From Candidatus Omnitrophota bacterium (GTDB lineage Bacteria; Omnitrophota; Gorgyraeia; Aquiviventales; Aquiviventaceae), in the NCBI GenBank assembly GCA_016193175.1, contig JACPSR010000142.1:54332-118331 (forward strand): a stretch of 64,000 bases of DNA, written 5' to 3'. Below are positions 25,173 to 33,579 of this stretch, piece after piece (position 1 is the first letter of the stretch; every line of letters begins with the position of its first letter). A program made the translations under genes and the position numbers. The notes below the pieces were generated by a model. It had not been told where the DNA came from. It saw only the letters and a list, made by a program, of their open reading frames with translations, and searched no databases.

Positions 25173-26002
25173 CCAAGGGTCAGGTGACGGCAACGGCGAC
25201 GCGAACCCTCGCGGATCTCATGCGACTGTCAGGACGCAAGGCGCTGATTACTGGAGGGACCGGGCATGTGGGGGTGGCGGTCGGCGAGGCGCTGGTTGAG
25301 TTGGGCGCGACCGTGGCGGTGCTCGATGTCGATGCCGCGAGATGCCAGGAGCGCGCGGACGCCTTGGGCCGGATGCGAGCGCGCAGCGCGGTGGCGATTC
25401 CTTGCGACCTTCGTGACGAGCAAGCGACCCGGGGCGCCATCCACCGGTCGATTGAATGGCTGGGGGGTTTGGACATCCTCGTCCATTGCGCGGCCTATGT
25501 GGGGACGGACCAGCTCCCCGGCTGGGTGGTACCGTTTGAGCAGCAGACGGTGGACGCGTGGGATGCGGCCATGCGGGTCAATCTGACCTCCGCCTTCATT
25601 ATGGTGCAGGAAGCCCGCACGATGCTGGACGCCTCCGGTACCGGCTCGGTGATCCTCATTGGCTCGACGTACGGACTGGTCGGCCCTGATCCGCGCCTCT
25701 ACGAGGGTACGACGATGGGGACTCCCGCAGGTTACGCGGCTTCCAAGGGCGGCGTGCTGCAACTCACGCGGTATCTCTCGACCGTCCTGGCGCCACGCGT
25801 GCGCGTGAATGCCATCACCCCGGGAGGGATCTGGCGCAATCAGCCGGAGGCGTTCCACCAGCGCTATGTCAGCCGCACGCCGCTGGGCCGCATGGCTTCC
25901 GAGGAAGATCTGAAAGGGGCGGTCGCGTATCTGGCCAGCGACCTCTCGGCCTACGTGACAGGGCAGAATCTCGTCGTCGATGGAGGATGGACGGCATGGT
26001 GA
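25169..26002 (+). CDS. Short-chain dehydrogenase/reductase (PtmA-like)
   Basis: ALITGGTGHVGVAVG, YAASKGG catalytic Y-x3-K, and C-terminal VTGQNLVVDGGWTAW. Confidence 0.8.
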   Translation: MTKGQVTATATRTLADLMRLSGRKALITGGTGHVGVAVGEALVELGATVAVLDVDAARCQERADALGRMRARSAVAIPCDLRDEQATRGAIHRSIEWLGGLDILVHCAAYVGTDQLPGWVVPFEQQTVDAWDAAMRVNLTSAFIMVQEARTMLDASGTGSVILIGSTYGLVGPDPRLYEGTTMGTPAGYAASKGGVLQLTRYLSTVLAPRVRVNAITPGGIWRNQPEAFHQRYVSRTPLGRMASEEDLKGAVAYLASDLSAYVTGQNLVVDGGWTAW

Positions 26003-27039
26003 TCGCCGAGCGATCCGTCGGTCCGGGGCAGCCGTGCCTCATTATCGCGGAGGCCGGGGTCAATCATAACGGCGACATGGCGCTCGCGCGGCGCTTGATC
26101 GACGCCGCCGCCGAGGCCGGGGCTGACGCGGTCAAGTTCCAGACCTTCAAGGCCGAACGGTTAGCGAGCGCATCGGCTCCCAAGGCCGCTTATCAATGGC
26201 AGGCCACCGATCGCTGGGAATCGCAGCGCGAGATGCTGCGTCGATTGGAGCTGTCGGAATCGGCTCATCGAGGCCTCATGGTCTCTTGCCAGCAGCGCGG
26301 CATCCTGTTTCTCTCATCTGCTTTTGAGGAGGAAAGCGCCGATCTGTTGGAGCGGTTGGGCGTGTGCGCCTTCAAGATTCCATCAGGAGAACTGACGAAT
26401 CTGCGGTTCTTGGAGCATGTCGCTCAGAAGGGCAAGCCGATGATTGTGTCGACCGGGATGTCCACCCTCTCGGAGGTTGAGCAGGCGGTGCAGATCATTC
26501 GACGAGCCAGGAACGATCAACTCATCCTGCTCCATTGTGTCAGCGACTACCCGGCCAATCCATCGGATGCAAATCTGCGCGCCATGCATACGATGGCTGA
26601 GGCGTTCAACGTGCCAGTGGGGTATTCCGATCACACCCCGGGTGTCGATGTCGCCTTAGCCGCCGTGGCCTTAGGGGCGTGTGTCATCGAAAAGCATTTC
26701 ACGTTGGATCGGGCGCTTCCGGGACCGGATCATCGCGCTTCACTCGAGCCCAATGAGTTGCGTCAACTGGTTGAAGGTATTCGGAGGGTCGAAGCTGCGC
26801 TGGGACATGGGCGCAAGGAACCGGCTCAGCGCGAAGCCCCGACCGCCGCGGTGGCGCGCAAAAGTCTCGTGGCCGCCAGGGATATTCCGGCTGGGAGTCT
26901 CCTGACCGAAACACTCATTGTGGCCAAGCGTCCCGGGACCGGTTTACCGCCAGCCCTCTTGCCTCAACTGGTTGGACGAAAGACCGTCCACGATATTCCT
27001 GCCGGCGCGCTCTTGACCCTCGACATGGTGGCTTCATGA
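25987..27039 (+). CDS. neuB: N-acetylneuraminate/legionaminate synthase family (NeuB) with C-terminal SAF domain
   Basis: PCLIIAEAGVNHNGDMALARRLIDAAAEAGADAVKFQTF and GYSDHTPG. An alternative start at 25996 gives an ATGGTGA overlap. Confidence 0.9.
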   Translation: MDGMVIAERSVGPGQPCLIIAEAGVNHNGDMALARRLIDAAAEAGADAVKFQTFKAERLASASAPKAAYQWQATDRWESQREMLRRLELSESAHRGLMVSCQQRGILFLSSAFEEESADLLERLGVCAFKIPSGELTNLRFLEHVAQKGKPMIVSTGMSTLSEVEQAVQIIRRARNDQLILLHCVSDYPANPSDANLRAMHTMAEAFNVPVGYSDHTPGVDVALAAVALGACVIEKHFTLDRALPGPDHRASLEPNELRQLVEGIRRVEAALGHGRKEPAQREAPTAAVARKSLVAARDIPAGSLLTETLIVAKRPGTGLPPALLPQLVGRKTVHDIPAGALLTLDMVAS

Positions 27040-28961
27040 GAACGATTGGGGTGGTGACGGTTGGTCGCTCAGATTACGGCATCTACGTGCCCATCCTGCG
27101 CGCCATTCAGCACGAGCCGGCTCTGCAGTTGCATCTCATCGTTAGCGGGATGCATCTGTTGGAGGAGTTCGGGTTGACGGTGCGCGAGATTGAAGCCGAC
27201 AGATTTCCGATCGGCGCGCGCGTGTTCCTCCCGTTGCCTGAGGACAGCCCCGAGGCGATCGCGGCGGCGATCGGTGCGGCGGTGACGGGGTTTGCTCGCG
27301 CGTATGCCTCGCAGCGGCCGGATCTGTTGATCGTGCTGGGGGACCGGTTCGAGATGTACGCCGCGGCGGTGGCGGCTTTGCCCTTGAAGATTCCGGTGGC
27401 GCATATCCATGGTGGGGAACTGACGCAAGGTGCGATGGATGACGCGCTGCGTCATTCACTGACGAAACTCAGCCATCTTCACTTCGTCGCGACGGAGGAG
27501 TATGCCCACCGCGTCATCCAACTCGGGGAAGAGCCCTGGCGCGTGACGGTGTCGGGTGCGCCGAGCTTGGATCACGTCGGGATGGTGCCGTTGCTGACGG
27601 CTGAAGCCCTGTGTAACCGGTTTGGATGGCATTGGGAGGCGGCGCCGCTACTGGTGACCTACCATCCGGTGACACTGGAGTACGAGCAGACCGAGTGGCA
27701 GATGACTGAACTCCTCGACGCCCTGGAGGAATGCAAGCGGCCCATGATCTTCACGATGCCCAATGCCGACATGCATGGCCGTGTGATTCGACGACTCCTC
27801 ACAGCGTTCATCGCCTCCCACCCCAATGCGCACGCGGTGGAGAATCTTGGAACCCAAGGCTATTTCAGCTTGATGGCCGCTGCCGCGGCGATGATCGGAA
27901 ACTCCTCCAGCGGTCTGATTGAAGCGCCGTCGTTCGGTCTGCCGGTCGTGAACATCGGGACGAGGCAACAGGGGCGGGTACGGGCCTCGAACGTCATTGA
28001 TGTGGGCTATAGTCGAACGGAGATCATCCGCGGCATTCGCCAGGCGCTGACGGCCGAGTTCCGAGCCGCCATCCGCCATGGCACCAACCCCTATGGCGAT
28101 GGGCACGCCGCCACGGTGATCGTGAACACCCTCAAGGCGATGCCGTTGGATGATCGGTTGATCAAAAAGCGATTCGTCGATCTGCCGGTGGAGAGGCCGG
28201 ACCGTGCTGACTCGCCGGCCCTCGTGCCAACTCGGGGTGAACCGATGGAACGGTGTGTGATCCTTGGGGGCGGAGGGCACGCCCGTGTGGTCATCGACAG
28301 CCTCCTCGCCAGCAAGCTGGCGGTGCCGTATGCCGTCGTTGACGCTGATCGGTCGCTGTGGGGCAAGGAGCTGTTGGGCGTGCCGGTCGTCGGGGACGAT
28401 GAGCGGCTGCGAGAACTGCGCTGTGAGGGGGTGACGCGATTCATCGTGGGGCTTGGCGGGGTCGGGGATAACGGCCCGCGACAGCAGCTCTTTTGTCTGG
28501 GAATGACCAGTGGTCTTGCCCCGCTGACGGTATGCCACCCGTCTGCGATTTGTTCACCCTCAGCGGTGATCGGTGAGGGATCCTTTCTCGCGCCGGCAAC
28601 CGTGGTGAACTCAGGGGCCGGACTGGGGGTGAATGTGATTGTGAATACGGGGGCGATCGTGGAACATGACTGCGCCATCGGTGACCACGTCCACCTCGCG
28701 ACCGGGGCAAGACTCTCAGGGCACGTCCTCGTCGGCGCGGGCGCCCATATTGGCGCCGGGGCCACCATTCGGCAGCGTGTGACGATCGGCGAGGGGGCGA
28801 TTGTTGGCGCGGGCGCGGTCGTCGTGAAATCGGTTGAGCCCTGGACGGTTGTGGTGGGCGTGCCCGCCCGAGTCCTGGAGCAAGAGCCGGCTGACGCTCA
28901 CGACAAAACGCATGACCGCCAACACGTCTCAGGGCGACAACAGAAGGAAGGGGCCCTATGA
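27036..28961 (+). CDS. neuC: Fusion protein: hydrolysing UDP/GDP-N-acetylhexosamine 2-epimerase (NeuC/LegG-like) with a NeuD/PglD-family hexapeptide acetyltransferase
   Basis: The N-terminal ~385 aa start IGVVTVGRSDYGIYVPILRAI. The C-terminal ~220 aa contain VILGGGGHARVVIDSL plus left-handed beta-helix repeats (GAHIGAGATIRQRVTIGEGAIVGAGAVV). Confidence 0.85.
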   Translation: MRTIGVVTVGRSDYGIYVPILRAIQHEPALQLHLIVSGMHLLEEFGLTVREIEADRFPIGARVFLPLPEDSPEAIAAAIGAAVTGFARAYASQRPDLLIVLGDRFEMYAAAVAALPLKIPVAHIHGGELTQGAMDDALRHSLTKLSHLHFVATEEYAHRVIQLGEEPWRVTVSGAPSLDHVGMVPLLTAEALCNRFGWHWEAAPLLVTYHPVTLEYEQTEWQMTELLDALEECKRPMIFTMPNADMHGRVIRRLLTAFIASHPNAHAVENLGTQGYFSLMAAAAAMIGNSSSGLIEAPSFGLPVVNIGTRQQGRVRASNVIDVGYSRTEIIRGIRQALTAEFRAAIRHGTNPYGDGHAATVIVNTLKAMPLDDRLIKKRFVDLPVERPDRADSPALVPTRGEPMERCVILGGGGHARVVIDSLLASKLAVPYAVVDADRSLWGKELLGVPVVGDDERLRELRCEGVTRFIVGLGGVGDNGPRQQLFCLGMTSGLAPLTVCHPSAICSPSAVIGEGSFLAPATVVNSGAGLGVNVIVNTGAIVEHDCAIGDHVHLATGARLSGHVLVGAGAHIGAGATIRQRVTIGEGAIVGAGAVVVKSVEPWTVVVGVPARVLEQEPADAHDKTHDRQHVSGRQQKEGAL

Positions 28962-30505
28962 TTCTGGTAACGATTGTCAGACCGCCCGTGGTGTTCTCCC
29001 GGCGGTCCTATAGCGTCGCCATCGTGCCCCCGCTTGGGCCCGCCTATTTAGCGGCGGCGCTGCGAACAGCAGGGCATCAGGTGAGGATCGTTGATGCCGT
29101 GGGGGGACGGATTTCGCACATCGGGGCCACCGCACGGCCGAACCTCCTCTATCAGGGGCTCTCGATCGACGAGATGATCGCCGGCATGGACCCCGAGACG
29201 CAGCTCATGGCCGTGTCGGCCATGTTCTCACAGGATTGGCCGCATGTCGAAGTCTTGATCGCGAAGATTGCGCAGCGGTTTCCAGAGGTCCCGATCGTGG
29301 TCGGAGGAGAACATGCCACCGCCGCGTGGGACTACATCTTGGACACCTCGCCAGCGATCACCTGTGTCGGTCTGGGCGAGGGGGAAGAGACCATTTGTGA
29401 TCTGGCCAGGTGGGTCGAACACGGAGGCGACCTGAGCGCCATCCCGGGCATCGCCTACCGGCAAGCCGGGCGTCCCGTCATGACGTCGCCGCGCAAACGG
29501 ATCATGGCCGTCGATGACATTCCCCCTCCGGCCTGGAATTTGGTTCCGCTCGAGGCCTATCTGGACGGCGGCTACGGCCACGGGGTCGATTTGGGACGGA
29601 GCATGCCGATCTTGGCCACACGCGGATGCCCATTCCAGTGCACGTTCTGCTCAAACCCGGCGATGTGGACGACCCGCTATGTGATGCGGGATGTCGGCAA
29701 AGTCGTCGATGAAATTGCGCGCTATCTGCGCGAGTATCGCGCGACGAACGTCGATTTTTACGACCTCACCGCCATCATCAGGAAAGATTGGATCATGAAG
29801 TTCTGCGACGAAATTCTGCACAGGCGGCTGACACTCACCTGGCAGCTTCCGAGCGGAACGCGCAGCGAAGCCCTTGACGCCGAAGCGCTGCGCAAAATGT
29901 TTGAGGCTGGATGCCGCAACCTGACCTATGCCCCTGAGAGCGGGTCCGAGCGGACATTGAAGGCGATCAAGAAAGAAGTGCGCTTGCCAAAGATGGTCAG
30001 ATCGATCAAAGCGGCGAAGCGCGCGGGCATTCATCTCAAGTGTAACCTGATCATCGGCTTTCCGAAGGAACGGCGCCGTGACCTCTTTCGCACGATCTGG
30101 TTTGCCTTGAAGATGGCCTGGATGGGCGTCGATGACGCCCCGCTCTTTCTGTTTTCGCCCTACCCCGGAAGCGAGTTGTATCACTATCTGCGCTCAACCG
30201 GAGCGATCCAGAAGATGGACAACGACTATTTTGAGTCGCTGCTCTGCTTTATGGATCTGTCCAAGTCGAGCCGCTATTGTGAGCGCATCGGGCCTCTGGA
30301 GCTCAACATCTACCGATGTGTCGGGATGTCCCTCTTCTATGTGCTGAGCTACCTGCGGCACCCCGCACGAATCGTGCGGACGATCCGGAACCTCTGGCAC
30401 AGCGAGTCAGCCACCGTGTTTGAGCAACGGCTCATTGAGATGAAGCGACGAGTGTCCATGGCGATGGCAGGCCGGTCGGTCGAATCGGCGGTGAATTCTC
30501 GATGA
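28958..30505 (+). CDS. B12-binding domain radical SAM enzyme (class B)
   Basis: N-terminal cobalamin-binding-like Rossmann region and radical SAM cluster motif RGCPFQCTFCSNP. Confidence 0.8.
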   Translation: MILVTIVRPPVVFSRRSYSVAIVPPLGPAYLAAALRTAGHQVRIVDAVGGRISHIGATARPNLLYQGLSIDEMIAGMDPETQLMAVSAMFSQDWPHVEVLIAKIAQRFPEVPIVVGGEHATAAWDYILDTSPAITCVGLGEGEETICDLARWVEHGGDLSAIPGIAYRQAGRPVMTSPRKRIMAVDDIPPPAWNLVPLEAYLDGGYGHGVDLGRSMPILATRGCPFQCTFCSNPAMWTTRYVMRDVGKVVDEIARYLREYRATNVDFYDLTAIIRKDWIMKFCDEILHRRLTLTWQLPSGTRSEALDAEALRKMFEAGCRNLTYAPESGSERTLKAIKKEVRLPKMVRSIKAAKRAGIHLKCNLIIGFPKERRRDLFRTIWFALKMAWMGVDDAPLFLFSPYPGSELYHYLRSTGAIQKMDNDYFESLLCFMDLSKSSRYCERIGPLELNIYRCVGMSLFYVLSYLRHPARIVRTIRNLWHSESATVFEQRLIEMKRRVSMAMAGRSVESAVNSR

Positions 30506-32025
30506 CGCGAGGAGGAGGTTGGCGGCTCCCGCTGCTGCTCTATCTGGCGGGCCTGCTCCATTGGATCGGCTTCCTGTATCTCGATGTCACGCCCTCCGGC
30601 CAGGAGCGGGAACTGGTGTCCATAGCGCTCCGGAGTCCTGAGACGCTCTTGAAGCGTCCGAACTTCGGGATGGAAGACGGCGTCTACATCGGCGACGTCT
30701 GGTTCGTCTATGAGCGCATGCTCACGGCGCTCCAGCAGGCGGTTCGCAGCCGCCAGATCCCCTACCATCTGCCTGGCCTGAGCGGCTATGAGATGATGCC
30801 AACCACCGCCTCGCCGGTCGGCGATCGGCTCTTCGGTTTTCCCAATGGCTGGCCCTGGTCGCCGGAGGCGCTCCTCTTGGCCGTCCTGGATCTTCCAACC
30901 TTCGTCATCGTGACGTGGCTCATCATGTACTCGGTGGGATTTGCGGGGTGCCTCTTGATCCGGCGCCAGTACAGTCTGGGGCCGATGGCCTTCACGTTCC
31001 TGGCGGTGCTGTTCCATCTGAACGGTTGGATCACCACCCACATGACGACCAAGATGCCCGATAACACCGGCTACTATCTGAGCCCGTATCTCGTGCTGCT
31101 CCTGCTGAGGGCCGGGGAAGTGGCCCCCACGGATCGCTACGCGCAGCGGCGTCTCGGGTTATGGATCGGGTTGGTGATGGCGCTGATGTGGTGGCAGGGG
31201 TCGTGCCATCCCTTCATCCACTGGCTCACCATGCTGGGCTTCTGGGGCATTGTGAATTGGAGGAAATGGCGGGTCACGGTGGTGAGTGTGGTGAGCGCGT
31301 TTGCCCTGGCGGCGTTTCGCGTGATTCCGCCTGCGCTCAGTTGGGGCATGAAGCACCGCTATCATGTGGACAATCCCGCGATCATGGGGTTCTGGTCATT
31401 CGATCAATACATCGACGCGCTCGCGGTGTGCCACCCGTTCATCCCCGACGGGGGGTGGGAGCAATTCAATTGCTACGTCAGCGTGTTTGGCTTATGGGCG
31501 ATTCTCTATCTCGCGTTCTGGGCACCATGGAACGGCTCGAGGTGGGTGCGCCTGCGTCCCTGGCAGTCCTTGCTCATTCCCTCCGTGATCTTGGCGGTGA
31601 TGTCGTTCCGTCACATGAAGAGCGTGCTCATTCCGAATTGGATCCCCCTCTTTAACGCCGAGGCCTACACAGGACGATACATGATGATCCCCCTGGTCGT
31701 GTGGATCATTGTCGCGAGTATCAACCTCCAGGGCGCGGTCGAGGCGTTCTGGTCGCAGCGGCGGCTGCGATGGCTCATGGTCAGCGGGCTTGGCGTGATC
31801 GCGGCGTCCTTGCTGAACCATTCGCGCTTGTGGCGCATCTGGATGGCGACAAAGTTTGCGCACTGGGGTGGCTATGGGCCCACGCTGCCTGCGCGGTTGG
31901 CGAACGACATGACCGACCGCCTGTACATCAACGCGGTCGACCTGAGTCTGGGCATCAGCCTGGTCGCCTTGGTCGTGGTGATCGCCTTGTTGGTCGTGCC
32001 GCGCAAGCGACAGGGCGTGGGATGA
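30502..32025 (+). CDS. Polytopic membrane protein of unknown function (polymerase, ligase or GT-C candidate)
   Basis: 507 aa with many hydrophobic helices. ATGA junctions on both sides. The last codons QGVG* coincide with a solo junction-element arm. Confidence 0.55.
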   Translation: MTRGGGWRLPLLLYLAGLLHWIGFLYLDVTPSGQERELVSIALRSPETLLKRPNFGMEDGVYIGDVWFVYERMLTALQQAVRSRQIPYHLPGLSGYEMMPTTASPVGDRLFGFPNGWPWSPEALLLAVLDLPTFVIVTWLIMYSVGFAGCLLIRRQYSLGPMAFTFLAVLFHLNGWITTHMTTKMPDNTGYYLSPYLVLLLLRAGEVAPTDRYAQRRLGLWIGLVMALMWWQGSCHPFIHWLTMLGFWGIVNWRKWRVTVVSVVSAFALAAFRVIPPALSWGMKHRYHVDNPAIMGFWSFDQYIDALAVCHPFIPDGGWEQFNCYVSVFGLWAILYLAFWAPWNGSRWVRLRPWQSLLIPSVILAVMSFRHMKSVLIPNWIPLFNAEAYTGRYMMIPLVVWIIVASINLQGAVEAFWSQRRLRWLMVSGLGVIAASLLNHSRLWRIWMATKFAHWGGYGPTLPARLANDMTDRLYINAVDLSLGISLVALVVVIALLVVPRKRQGVG

Positions 32026-32027
32026 TC
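32011..32027 (+). repeat. Solo right arm of the junction element
   Basis: CAGGGCGTGGGATGATC is identical to the right arms of copies 1, 3 and 4. It carries the stop of 30502-32025 and the ATG (32022) of the hisF paralog. No convincing left arm is present. Confidence 0.7.
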
Positions 32028-32900
32028 GTGCGGCTGATTCCGCGGCTGGACATCAAGGGACCGAATTTGGTGAAGGGGATCCATCTCGAGGGTCTGCGCG
32101 TGCTCGGGAAACCCGAACGATTTGCGCGGATCTACTACGAGCAGGGGGCCGATGAGCTGTTGTACATGGATGTGGTGGCCAGTCTCTATGGCCGTAAGAG
32201 CCTTTTAGACATCGTGACGAGAACCGCCAAGGAGCTCTTTATCCCCCTGACAGTTGGCGGGGGGTTGCGGACGTTAGAGGATATCACACAGGCGTTATGG
32301 GCTGGAGCGGACAAAGTCGCCATCAACACCGCGGCCATCCAGCAGCCCCAACTGATTCATGACGCCGCGCGGAAGTTCGGCTCTTCCACGATCGTCGTCT
32401 CCATTGAGGCGATGCACAAGCCTGATGGACGATACGAGGCCTATACCGATAACGGGCGCCAACGCACAGGCGTCGATGCCGTGGAGTGGGCCCAGCGGGC
32501 AGCGGAGCTGGGTGCCGGCGAGCTGTTGGTGACATCGATCAACCGTGAGGGAACCGGCACCGGGTTTGATGTCGAGCTGACCAGACAGATTGCTGAACGC
32601 GTTCCGATTCCTGTGATCGCATGCGGAGGGGCTGGGATGGTCAGGCACGTCTACGAGGTGATCACGCAGGGCAAGGCCGATGCCGTCTGTCTGGCGTCGA
32701 TCCTGCACTACGGTGTCGTTCGGAACCTCCCACCCAGTGAACGCGACGTTGCTGAAGAAGGCAATACCGCGTATCTCAGAAGCGGCAAGGGCTTTTCGCG
32801 AGTCGAGGAGGCGACCTTGCCGGACATCAAGGCCTACCTCCTCGAGCGAAGGATCTTCTGCCGCGGGGCTCTGCGGGAGTCCGCCAATGCGATCGTGTAA
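32022..32900 (+). CDS. hisF: Imidazole glycerol phosphate synthase cyclase subunit paralog (HisF/WbuZ-like)
   Basis: RLIPRLDIKGPNLVKGIHLEGLRVLGKP and GADELLYMDV. Located in a glycan cluster next to hisH- and wbuX-like genes. Confidence 0.85.
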   Translation: MIVRLIPRLDIKGPNLVKGIHLEGLRVLGKPERFARIYYEQGADELLYMDVVASLYGRKSLLDIVTRTAKELFIPLTVGGGLRTLEDITQALWAGADKVAINTAAIQQPQLIHDAARKFGSSTIVVSIEAMHKPDGRYEAYTDNGRQRTGVDAVEWAQRAAELGAGELLVTSINREGTGTGFDVELTRQIAERVPIPVIACGGAGMVRHVYEVITQGKADAVCLASILHYGVVRNLPPSERDVAEEGNTAYLRSGKGFSRVEEATLPDIKAYLLERRIFCRGALRESANAIV

Positions 32901-33579
32901 GAAGCGGGTGGCGATTGTCGATTACGGGATGGGCAATCTGTTCAGCGTCCAGCAGGCCTGCGAGCACGTGGGGCTGGAGGCGGCGATCACCTCATCCGCA
33001 CAGGCCATCCTGTCGGCGGACGGGGTGATTCTCCCCGGCGTCGGGGCCTTCGGGGACGCCATGGCGACGCTCGCGCAGCGAGATCTGATCGGCGTCCTGA
33101 GGGACGTGGCCGACTCGGACAAACCGTTCCTCGGGATCTGTTTAGGCATGCAGTTGCTCATGACGGAAAGCCATGAGTTTGGGCGGCACGAGGGGTTGAA
33201 GATCTTGGAGGGTGACGTCGTGCGCTTGGCCGAGACGCGTCCCGAAGATGGTCGGATCGTGAAGGTCCCTCAAGTCGGGTGGAATCGAATCCGGCAGATC
33301 AACGGGCGACCGTGGGACGATTCCTGGTTGGCAGGGCTGGCGGATGGCACGTTTATGTACTTCGTCCACTCCTTCTATGTCCAACCGGCCGATCCGAGCC
33401 TGATCTGCGCCACGACCCGGTATGGGCAGACGACGTTTTGCTCAAGCCTTCGGCGTGGGAACGTGTTAGCCTGTCAGTTTCACCCGGAGCGCAGCGGCCC
33501 TCAGGGGCTGCAGGTGTATGCGAATTTCGGCGCGGCGCTGCAGCGGCCGGTTGCGGAATCGAGGGTCTCGACTCGATGA
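32887..33579 (+). CDS. hisH: Glutamine amidotransferase subunit paralog (HisH/WbuY-like)
   Basis: VAIVDYGMGNLFSVQQA, catalytic GICLGMQLL and FHPERS. Confidence 0.85.
   Translation: MRSCKKRVAIVDYGMGNLFSVQQACEHVGLEAAITSSAQAILSADGVILPGVGAFGDAMATLAQRDLIGVLRDVADSDKPFLGICLGMQLLMTESHEFGRHEGLKILEGDVVRLAETRPEDGRIVKVPQVGWNRIRQINGRPWDDSWLAGLADGTFMYFVHSFYVQPADPSLICATTRYGQTTFCSSLRRGNVLACQFHPERSGPQGLQVYANFGAALQRPVAESRVSTR

Noticed and set aside
31876-31891. GGGCCCACGCTGCCTG as a degenerate left arm pairing with the solo right arm at 32011
   Set aside because: It requires a 2-nt insertion in the core. No internal hairpins follow, and the intervening sequence encodes a coherent hydrophobic helix (LSLGISLVALVVVIALLVV) of the membrane protein.
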